A DNA stretch of 64,000 nt from Deltaproteobacteria bacterium (GTDB lineage: Bacteria; Desulfobacterota; Syntrophia; Syntrophales; UBA2192). A program made the position numbers and the translations under genes. Within the stretch, counting starts at the first letter, position 1. Each line of letters begins with the position of its first letter. Below the pieces are notes generated by a model. It saw only the letters and a list, made by a program, of their open reading frames with translations, had not been told where the DNA came from and searched no databases. The stretch is taken from contig JAAYEC010000040.1 in assembly GCA_012728915.1 (NCBI GenBank), positions 42,617 to 106,616 on the forward strand, in the 5' to 3' direction. This document shows, in pieces, positions 54,802 through 62,142 of the stretch.

Positions 54802-55548
54802 TTGCCGGGACACGATTCAACGCCGGGCTATCGTGCCGCCGCAATCGTACTGGCCCCCTTGCTGATGGTTCAGGGCCTCTACGTCCGTCTCGTGACGCCC
54901 CGGCTGCCCGAGCCATCCGGTGCGCGCTCCGGCGTTTGCGGGTCAGGGCCGCCCCTGAGCCTGCTGATCCTCGGCGACTCGGCGGCGGCAGGCGTCGGCG
55001 TGATGACGCAGGACGAGGCCCTGTCGGGCCGGCTGGCCGCCGTGCTCGGGTCGCAGTTCCGGGTCTCCTGGAAGCTGATGGCGCGGACGGGGAACAGGGC
55101 GAAGGACATCGTGTCCATGCTTGCGGCGGCTTCGCCCGAGAGGTTCGACGCAGTCGTCACGTCGATCGGGGTCAATGACGTCACCCACGGGACGGGACTG
55201 GGGGCATGGATCGATCAGCAGGGCCGCATCGCGGAGTTGCTCCGCGCGAAGTTCCAGGTGCGGCATGTCATCCTGTCAGGCGTTCCCCCGATGCACCTCT
55301 TTCCGGCCCTTCCCCAGCCGCTGCGGTGGTACCTCGGCGAGAGGGCAAAGCGGTTCAACGGGGCGCTGATGGTTTTTGCGCAATCCTGCAGCGGCTGCGA
55401 ATTTGCGGCGCCGGACTTTCCCAGGGAGCCGGCGACCATGGCGACCGACGGGTTTCACCCCGGGGCACGCGCCTATGCGATGTGGGCCGACCACGTGGGG
55501 GGTGTCATCCGCAGGAGGCTGCGGCAGGCAAGGCCCGCATCCGGGTGA
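54802..55548 (+). CDS. SGNH/GDSL hydrolase
   Basis: LILGDSAAAGVG (block I), TSIGVNDV (block III), TDGFHPG (block V). Confidence 0.85.
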   Translation: MPGHDSTPGYRAAAIVLAPLLMVQGLYVRLVTPRLPEPSGARSGVCGSGPPLSLLILGDSAAAGVGVMTQDEALSGRLAAVLGSQFRVSWKLMARTGNRAKDIVSMLAAASPERFDAVVTSIGVNDVTHGTGLGAWIDQQGRIAELLRAKFQVRHVILSGVPPMHLFPALPQPLRWYLGERAKRFNGALMVFAQSCSGCEFAAPDFPREPATMATDGFHPGARAYAMWADHVGGVIRRRLRQARPASG

Positions 55549-55576
55549 TCCGGGGGCCCGCCCCCCAGCTTCCTTT

Positions 55577-56242
55577 CTACTTGGCCGTCACCCGCAGGTC
55601 GATCCGCCGGTTCTTCGCGCGTCCCTCCTCCGTGGCGTTGTCGGCGACGGGGAACTTCTCCCCGTACCCCTCGGCCTCCAGCCGCCTGGCGTCGACGCCC
55701 AGCTTGACGAGCTCCTTCATCGTGTTCTCGGCCCGCGTCCTGGAGAGCTTCAGGTTAGCCTCGGCGTTGCCCACGTTGTCCGTGTAGCCGCCCACCTTCA
55801 TCTTCACCTTCGGGAAGGCCTTCATGATCTCCGCGATGTTCTTCAGCTGCTCCGCCGAGGTGGGCTTCAGATTGGCGCTGCCCGTCTCGAACTCCAGGCG
55901 GTCGAAGCTGAACCAGGTCGTCTTGTCGACGGGTCTGCCCTTGTCCTCGATGAAGGCGATCAGTTTCCGCTCGATGCCGAGTTCGGGCACGTTGAGCTCC
56001 ACCCCGTTGGGCAGTTTGGCCGGCATGAATTTCCCGAGTTTTTCCAGCAGGGCCTTGGCCGCATCGGGAATGGCCGGTTTCGGGACGGCCGGCGGCGGCG
56101 TGGGCGCACAGTACCGGATCTGCAGGATGACCAGGGCCACGATGCAGACCATGACGATCAGGAACGCCGCGTTTCCCTGCCCGCGGGTCGATGCCCATTT
56201 GGACCGGAATACGCGCTTTCGGGATGGATGAGACATTGCCAT
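55577..56242 (-). CDS. OmpA/MotB-domain protein with an N-terminal membrane anchor
   Basis: ATG at 56242 (MAMSHPS…). TM helix AAFLIVMVCIVALVILQI. C-terminal …VGGYTDNVGNAEANLKLSRTRAENT…NRRIDLRV. The listed 645-aa ORF continues antisense through the OYE gene. Confidence 0.85.
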   Translation of the reverse strand: MAMSHPSRKRVFRSKWASTRGQGNAAFLIVMVCIVALVILQIRYCAPTPPPAVPKPAIPDAAKALLEKLGKFMPAKLPNGVELNVPELGIERKLIAFIEDKGRPVDKTTWFSFDRLEFETGSANLKPTSAEQLKNIAEIMKAFPKVKMKVGGYTDNVGNAEANLKLSRTRAENTMKELVKLGVDARRLEAEGYGEKFPVADNATEEGRAKNRRIDLRVTAK

Positions 56243-56430
56243 GACTTTTTCCCTCCTTTTGCTGGGTCCGTCCTTGGGTCGAAAGGGGTCCGTCCTGCCC
56301 GGCGGCCCCTTCCCTTCACGCCGTGCCCCGCCCCCGCCTCCAGTCCGCCCGGGTCCGCCGCCTGGCACGCCGCGTGCCCTGGTTCGGCAGCCCGCGGGAG
56401 CGGGCCAGGCCCGGGTGCAAAGAAAGCCGC

Positions 56431-57495
56431 CTACTGCTTTGCCCTCAGGTACTGCGGCGGCCAGCCGATGTCCGCCCTCAGGGCCCCGGCCGCGTGCAGC
56501 GGCCAGTAGGGGTCGCGAAGCATTTCCCGGGCGAGGATGACGACGTCGGCCTGCCCCGTCGCCACGATCTGCTCGGCCTGGGCCGCCTGCGTGATCAGGC
56601 CGACGGCTCCCGTGGGGATCCCGACGCGGGCACGGATCTCGGCCGCGAAGGGGACCTGGTAGCCGGGGCCGGCGGGGATCTGCGCGGAGGGCACGAGGCC
56701 CCCGCTGGAGCAGTCGATGAGATCGATGCCGATGTCCTTGAGCCGGCGTGCAAGCTCGACGGACTGGGGCAGGTCCCATCCGCCCTCCGCCCAGTCCGTG
56801 CAGGAGAGCCGGGCGAAAAGCGGCAGGTCGGCCGGCCAGGCCTCGCGAACCGCTCCGGCCACCTCCAGCGGGAAACGCATCCGGTTCTCGAGACTTCCGC
56901 CGTACGTGTCGGTCCGTCGATTCGACAGGGCAGAGAGAAACTCGTGCAGGAGATACCCGTGCGCCATGTGGATCTCGACGACCCGGAACCCGGCCTGCAG
57001 GCAACGGCGCGTGGCCGCCTCGTAGAGGGAAACCATCTGGCGCAGCTCGCCTGCCGTCAGCTCGCGGGGCGTCGTCGACGCGCCGTCGAAGGCGACGGGG
57101 CTGGGGCCCAGCGGCACCCAGCCGCCCTTCCCCGGGGAGACGGGAGCGCCGCCCCTCCAGGGGATGTCCGTCGAGGCCTTGCGCCCCGCGTGGGCGATCT
57201 GGATGGCCGGCACGGCGCCCTGGGACTCGATGAAGGTCGTGATGCGCCGGAAGGCCTCCGCGTGCGCATCCGACCAGATGCCGAGGTCCCCCTCCGTGAT
57301 GCGCCCTTCCGGCGAGATCGCCGTGGCCTCGGCCATGACCTGACCCGCGCCGCCCACGGCGCGGCTGCCGAGATGCACGAGGTGCCAGTCGTCGGGCAGG
57401 CCCCCCTGCGCGCAGTACTGGCACATGGGGGACAGGAAGACCCGGTTTCGGAATTCGACGCCGCGCAGCTCGAACGGGGTGAACAGCTTTCTCAT
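56431..57495 (-). CDS. NADH:flavin oxidoreductase, Old Yellow Enzyme family (YqjM/NamA-like)
   Basis: …LRGVEFRNRVFLSPMCQY…DWHLVHLGSRAVGGAG…IQIAHAGRKAS…HMAHGYLLHEFLS…. Confidence 0.9.
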   Translation of the reverse strand: MRKLFTPFELRGVEFRNRVFLSPMCQYCAQGGLPDDWHLVHLGSRAVGGAGQVMAEATAISPEGRITEGDLGIWSDAHAEAFRRITTFIESQGAVPAIQIAHAGRKASTDIPWRGGAPVSPGKGGWVPLGPSPVAFDGASTTPRELTAGELRQMVSLYEAATRRCLQAGFRVVEIHMAHGYLLHEFLSALSNRRTDTYGGSLENRMRFPLEVAGAVREAWPADLPLFARLSCTDWAEGGWDLPQSVELARRLKDIGIDLIDCSSGGLVPSAQIPAGPGYQVPFAAEIRARVGIPTGAVGLITQAAQAEQIVATGQADVVILAREMLRDPYWPLHAAGALRADIGWPPQYLRAKQ

Positions 57496-57547
57496 GGAGA
57501 CGGCTCCTTTTCAACGCCCGGTCGAGAGCCCCGGTGCATGATGGGGT

Positions 57548-57577
57548 ATTTTATCCGGCCGCAACGGCGGCTGTCAA
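57548..57577 (-). promoter_or_regulatory. Candidate sigma-70 promoter for the OYE gene (TTGACA-N18-TAAAAT)
   Basis: -35 at 57577..57572 and -10 at 57553..57548 on the minus strand, about 50 nt upstream of ATG 57495. Confidence 0.3.
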
Positions 57578-57598
57578 CGGCCGGTGCGGACGCTGCGG

Positions 57599-57627
57599 TT
57601 GACAGCCCCGCTCGCATGGGATAGGAT
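57599..57627 (+). promoter_or_regulatory. Candidate sigma-70 promoter for the small secreted protein gene (TTGACA-N17-TAGGAT)
   Basis: -35 at 57599..57604 and -10 at 57622..57627, 36 nt upstream of ATG 57663. Confidence 0.35.
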
Positions 57628-57662
57628 CTCCGCGGTTCAAGAACACTCCCGGAGGGACACAC

Positions 57663-57920
57663 ATGAAAAAGATGATTTTCTTCGCCCTGTTCCTGTTCCT
57701 TTTTTGCGAATCCGCCTACGCGTGGGAGGTGAAGACGCGCTGGGTCTGGCCGCAGCGAAACGGCAAGAACAGGGTGCAGGTCCTCTGCAAGGACGGCCGG
57801 ATGCCCACCCTTGTGGAAGAGACCCCGACCAAGTGGTGCCTCGTGCGAAAGTCGGGGACCGACTACGGCTTCTGCCGCAAGTCCATGGAAGAGGCCGCAC
57901 GGGCCTGGTGCAAGGAATAG
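57663..57920 (+). CDS. Small secreted Cys-containing protein (hypothetical)
   Basis: SD GGAGGG. Signal peptide MKKMIFFALFLFLFCESAYA. The 65-aa mature part has four Cys and five Trp. Confidence 0.6.
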   Translation: MKKMIFFALFLFLFCESAYAWEVKTRWVWPQRNGKNRVQVLCKDGRMPTLVEETPTKWCLVRKSGTDYGFCRKSMEEAARAWCKE

Positions 57921-57995
57921 TCTCCGGAAGGAGCATCGCCCGCGCCGGCTCAGATCGCGGGGCCCGTCCCGGCCCGGACGGCGCGTGAAAACACG

Positions 57996-58030
57996 AAGGG
58001 GTCAGCCGAAATCCGGCTGGCCCCTTTCTT
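57996..58030. terminator. Bidirectional hairpin terminator between convergent genes
   Basis: 13-bp stem AAGGGGTCAGCCG/CGGCTGGCCCCTT (one G-U pair), loop AAATC, then TCTT. It abuts the flavin reductase stop. Confidence 0.55.
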
Positions 58031-58508
58031 ACTGTGAGCCCCGATACACTCCCCTGTAGTCGGCCGTCGACAGCGTCCCGGCCCCGGCGGCCCTCCCGGG
58101 GGCGCCCGATTGAATCCTCCCGATGAAGAGGGTGTGATCGCCCACGTCTACGGTCCCCTCCAGCGAGAAATCCAGGTGCCCGACGCAATCGTCGGGCACG
58201 GGAAGGCCGCCCGCCGACAGGCTGTACCGAATGCCGTCGAATTTCTTCTTCCAGTCGGGAATCTTGAACCGTCCGATCAAGCCTGCGGATTCCCTCGGCA
58301 AGACCGTGATGCCGAACCCCCCCGACTCGAGGATCTGCTTGTGGGCCAGCCTGCTCTTCCGGATGGCCGCCGCAACCAGAGGGGGCTCGTGGGAACACTG
58401 GGTAACCCAGGAGGCGATCATCCCGTTGGGTCCCTCTGCGGACGAGACCGTGACCAGGTAGATCCCGTAATGAAACTTGTCCAGCACATCCTGCCACGCC
58501 TTTTCCAT
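58029..58508 (-). CDS. Flavin reductase-like (FMN-binding split-barrel) protein
   Basis: …YGIYLVTVSSAEGPNGMIASWVTQCSHEPPLVAAAI…. Confidence 0.85.
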   Translation of the reverse strand: MEKAWQDVLDKFHYGIYLVTVSSAEGPNGMIASWVTQCSHEPPLVAAAIRKSRLAHKQILESGGFGITVLPRESAGLIGRFKIPDWKKKFDGIRYSLSAGGLPVPDDCVGHLDFSLEGTVDVGDHTLFIGRIQSGAPGRAAGAGTLSTADYRGVYRGSQ

Positions 58509-58573
58509 AGACTCCTCGCTTCAAGTGAACGTCTCTCCTTATCGCCACGCGGGTCGGAAGGCAAGGGCCCCGC

Positions 58574-59476
58574 TCATGCCAGGGGCGGGGAAGGGGTGCC
58601 GGAGCCTCCCGGTCTCGAGAAAGCCGGACCGTCCGAAACGAAGGGCTCTTCAAAGGACCGGATCCGCCGCACCACATCCTCGATCGCTTCGTCCGGCGTC
58701 GAGGCCCCCGCCGCCACCCCCACGTGCCCGACGTTTCGGAACCATTGACGCTGCAGCTCCCGGGCGCGCTCGATGTGGTGCGTGTCGACGCCGGCAAGAC
58801 GGCTGACACGCGCAAGCTCCCGTGTGTTGTGGCTCCGGCGGCCCCCGAGGACGATCATGACCTGGACCCTGGAGGCGAGCTTTTCCGTTTCCGCCCGCCT
58901 CGCGGCGGTGGACCGGCAGACGGTGTTGACGACCCTCACCTCCGCGGCCCCGGGGGCGAGTCGCCGGACGAGTCGCAGGAAGGCCTCCTCGGGCTGCGTC
59001 GTCTGGGCCATGACGCCAACCCGCGGCCCGAGTGCGACCGGGAGATCGTCGGCGCTCTCCACGACGACGGCGTCATCGCCCGCGTAGCTGCGGACCGACG
59101 CGACCTCCGGGTGGGCCCGGTCGCCGAGGATGACCACCTGGTACCCCTCCTCGCGGAGGGCCCTGGCGTGTCTCTGGGCCCGCTTCACGAAGGGACACGT
59201 GGCGTCGACGATCTCCAGGCGCCGCCTCCGGAGGGATTCCTCCTGCGGGGCGGGGGTCCCGTGGGCCCGGAGGACCACGACGTCGGCGTCGCCGGCGACC
59301 TCTTCGACCGCCCGGATGCCTTTCGCCTCGAGCCTCTCCACCACGAGAGGGTTGTGGACCAGGGGCCCGAGCGTGACGGTCCTTCGGCCGTGGTCCTCCG
59401 CCGCGCGCAGGGCAAGGTTCACGGCCCTCCGGACGCCGAAGCAGAATCCCGACCCGTCGGCAATTTCGATGTCCAT
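58574..59476 (-). CDS. ispH: 4-hydroxy-3-methylbut-2-enyl diphosphate reductase
   Basis: ATG at 59476 (MDIEIADGSGFCFGVRRAV…). …GPLVHNP…ATCPFV…TVCRST…SHNT…. The listed 598-aa ORF is a run-on through the upstream gene region. Confidence 0.9.
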   Translation of the reverse strand: MDIEIADGSGFCFGVRRAVNLALRAAEDHGRRTVTLGPLVHNPLVVERLEAKGIRAVEEVAGDADVVVLRAHGTPAPQEESLRRRRLEIVDATCPFVKRAQRHARALREEGYQVVILGDRAHPEVASVRSYAGDDAVVVESADDLPVALGPRVGVMAQTTQPEEAFLRLVRRLAPGAAEVRVVNTVCRSTAARRAETEKLASRVQVMIVLGGRRSHNTRELARVSRLAGVDTHHIERARELQRQWFRNVGHVGVAAGASTPDEAIEDVVRRIRSFEEPFVSDGPAFSRPGGSGTPSPPLA

Positions 59477-59499
59477 GGATCCCGCCCCTGCGAGCGCGG

Positions 59500-60540
59500 T
59501 CAGATCGAACGCTCGATCATGTAGAAGATGACGTTCTCGACGAACCGCTTGTCCTCCGAATCCGGCAGGCCTCGATAGGCGACGTGGTATTCCCGCAGGG
59601 CGGCCCCGGCCAGCTGATAGGCGCTGCGGCGGGCCGCTTCGATGGAATCGTACTTCGCGAGGAGCCGGTAGACCCACCGGACGTCCTTCGCCCGCCGCTC
59701 CGGTCTCGGTGTGGCCAGGAAGCGCCGCAGCCCCGCCTTTTCGGTTCTCGAGCAGCGGTTCAGGAGATGGATCAGGATGAGGGTCCGCTTCCCCTCCCAG
59801 ATGTCGCCCCCGATCTCCTTTCCGTATTTCTTCCTGTCGCCGGTGAGGTTCAGGATGTCGTCCTGGATCTGGAAGGCGGCGCCCATGTAGTACCCGAACC
59901 GGTTGAACCGGTCCGCGTCGACCGCCCCGCCCGTGGCAATGAGGGCCCCGATCCGGCAGGGGTGGATGCAGGTGTACCAGCAGGTCTTCTTCAGGGTCAT
60001 CCGGAGATAGTCCTCCTCGCCCAGGTCGCAGACGTTGTCGCGCACCCAGCCCAGCTCCATGGCCTGCCCCTCCACGGACTGCCGGACCATGTGCTCGATC
60101 TCCGTGAAGACGAGCCAGGTCAGCTCCGGCCCCAGGACGCCGACGTTTTCCATGAGGGGCCTCATGCTGAGGACGTTCATGGCGTCGCCCACGTTCACGG
60201 CGATGGGGATCCCGTGCTCGGCGTGCAGGGTGGCCTTGCCCCTGCGGTATTCGCTGCCGTCCTCCACGTCGTCGTGGATGAGAAAGGCGTTGTGGAAGAT
60301 CTCGATGGCCACGGCGGAGTTCAGGGCGAGTTCGGGGATTCCTCCGAAGGCGCTGCAGGTGGAGATGCATAGGCCGGGACGGAACCCCTTGCCGGCGCGC
60401 AGCGGGTAGGACGGCACGAGGTCGTAGAGGTAGCGCTTCGGCTCCCGCGACGGCAGGTAGGCCATAAGGGTCTGCATGGTGAGCGACTTGTAGCGCTCCA
60501 GCGCCCCCGTGACCTCCTCGTAGGTGCTTGTGTGTGCCAT
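59500..60540 (-). CDS. Polyprenyl (geranylgeranyl) diphosphate synthase family protein
   Basis: First Asp-rich motif FLIHDDVED and second Asp-rich motif FQIQDDILN. Confidence 0.9.
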   Translation of the reverse strand: MAHTSTYEEVTGALERYKSLTMQTLMAYLPSREPKRYLYDLVPSYPLRAGKGFRPGLCISTCSAFGGIPELALNSAVAIEIFHNAFLIHDDVEDGSEYRRGKATLHAEHGIPIAVNVGDAMNVLSMRPLMENVGVLGPELTWLVFTEIEHMVRQSVEGQAMELGWVRDNVCDLGEEDYLRMTLKKTCWYTCIHPCRIGALIATGGAVDADRFNRFGYYMGAAFQIQDDILNLTGDRKKYGKEIGGDIWEGKRTLILIHLLNRCSRTEKAGLRRFLATPRPERRAKDVRWVYRLLAKYDSIEAARRSAYQLAGAALREYHVAYRGLPDSEDKRFVENVIFYMIERSI

Positions 60541-60561
60541 GCCCGGTCCCCGATCGGTGCG

Positions 60562-61335
60562 TCAGGCCACTTCGACGGCCAGGACGGCCCGGAGCCGGTC
60601 CGCCCGGGAGGACTGGACGAGCCCCGAGTACAGGCCGGGCTTCGCACCCGCGGGGATCTTCAGCTGGACGACCACGGTCCCTCGCCCGCCCGGCTGGATC
60701 GTCAGGGCTGCAGGCTTGAACGCGATCTGCCTGGCCGGGATGACGCCGCCCGACGGGCTCACGAGATCCGTGCTCACAAACCGCATGGGCTCCGTCGGGG
60801 CGCTGCCGCTGTTCTCGAGCGTCATGGGGGCCTGGGCGGACTGCCCGGGCTTCAGGACGCCGGGTACCTTCAGGTACGGCGCGGATTCCGCTTCCTGCCG
60901 CTCGGCCCTGCCCGGGTTCCCGGAGACCCGGAAGGAAACGGCCCGCTTGCTCATCTCCTCGGCATACTGCGCGGCCGTGCCGACGAGATCGACGAGGATG
61001 TCCACTACCTCGTGGGCGTCCTTCCGGAACCGGTGGATCACGCTGTCCGCGTTGCCCGCACGCAGGGCCTTGACGTTGATCAGGCTCTCCTCGACCTGCC
61101 TGGCCGCCACAATCCCCGCGGCGATCTCCTCCTCGAGGATGGAAGCGGCCTGCCGGACGACGCGCGAGGTCGTTTCGGCAAAGCCCCTCACGGCGTCGAG
61201 CCCGCCGAGAAGGGTCTTTCCGGAGCCGCGGCTCTCCTGCTTTTCGCCCTTCGGCTCCGGGGCACTGCGGCTGCCCCGCGTCGCCTTTTCCGCCGCCTTC
61301 TTTCCCTTGCCCTTATCCGTCGTCCGGGTTGCCAT
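60562..61335 (-). CDS. Hypothetical protein: Lys-rich disordered N-terminus, helical middle, C-terminal Ig-like/CARDB-like beta-sandwich
   Basis: 257 aa. MATRTTDKGKGKKAAEKA… The C-terminus …LKPGQSAQAPMTLENSG…LTIQPGGRGTVVVQLKIPAGAKPGLYSG… resembles CARDB/NEW3-type domains. No signal peptide. Confidence 0.65.
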   Translation of the reverse strand: MATRTTDKGKGKKAAEKATRGSRSAPEPKGEKQESRGSGKTLLGGLDAVRGFAETTSRVVRQAASILEEEIAAGIVAARQVEESLINVKALRAGNADSVIHRFRKDAHEVVDILVDLVGTAAQYAEEMSKRAVSFRVSGNPGRAERQEAESAPYLKVPGVLKPGQSAQAPMTLENSGSAPTEPMRFVSTDLVSPSGGVIPARQIAFKPAALTIQPGGRGTVVVQLKIPAGAKPGLYSGLVQSSRADRLRAVLAVEVA

Positions 61336-61370
61336 CGCCGTTGCCCTCCTTCATCGGTCGCATTGCCTGT

Positions 61371-62138
61371 CTACTCCGAATCCCCCTTCATGCCCGGCCC
61401 GCCGGACCAGAAACAGACCCGGAGAATAGATGACTCGTTGCCCCCTCCCCTGATCTCGATTGCCGTGATGCCCGAGCCCTCGACGAGGACTTCCTTGATC
61501 TCGTTGTGGATCTCCACGTTCTGCTGCGCGATCAGGGCCCCGTCGGCGTAGGCGAAGAAGGAAAGCCCCTTTCCCGCATAGCTGGCCACCGTCATCAGCA
61601 CGTCCCGCACCGGCCACGGGAACTCGACGCGGATGCCCTCGTTGGGGAAGCCGAGCGCCGTTGTGCCCGGCGTGCCCCCGCTGCCGACGGTCCTCAGCGG
61701 CGTGTTCCCCGCCGTCCGGAACCGAAGCTCCCCGTGGTCCCACGGGCTGTTGAAGACCTGGCCCGGCTTGAATTCCGTGAAGTCCACGCAGGTGTACCTC
61801 TCTTCCTCTTCCCTGCAGTTGTACACGCGGGTGAGGCCGCGGATCTTGATGTTGGCCACGGGCCTGTCGAAGATGTCCACGCCGATCGTGTAGTCGCTCT
61901 TGATGCAGATCGGCTCACAGACCTTGAGACAGACGGGGATGGTCTTCGTGGGCGTGACCTTCATGTCCATGTCCACGAAGAGCGGTTTCTCCTTCGATGT
62001 TTCGATCACGACGTGGGCGGGCGGCTTCTCCTCGAAGGAGACGCTCACCCGGCAGGGCCTGTCCGTGAACCGGTGCTCGAGCAGCGCCGGCTCCTTCGGC
62101 CAGGCCACGATGGTTACCTTTCTCTCCTCGGTCGCCAT
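61371..62138 (-). CDS. Hypothetical protein; Cys-rich N-domain (CLKVCEPIC) plus a C-terminal domain shared with the upstream PKD protein
   Basis: 255 aa. The start lies 4 nt after the stop of the upstream gene. The C-terminal about 130 aa align with the C-terminus of 62143..64000 (CVDFT…YAGK…GITAIEIRGGGNESSILRVCFWSG). Confidence 0.65.
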   Translation of the reverse strand: MATEERKVTIVAWPKEPALLEHRFTDRPCRVSVSFEEKPPAHVVIETSKEKPLFVDMDMKVTPTKTIPVCLKVCEPICIKSDYTIGVDIFDRPVANIKIRGLTRVYNCREEEERYTCVDFTEFKPGQVFNSPWDHGELRFRTAGNTPLRTVGSGGTPGTTALGFPNEGIRVEFPWPVRDVLMTVASYAGKGLSFFAYADGALIAQQNVEIHNEIKEVLVEGSGITAIEIRGGGNESSILRVCFWSGGPGMKGDSE

Positions 62139-62142
62139 GGGA

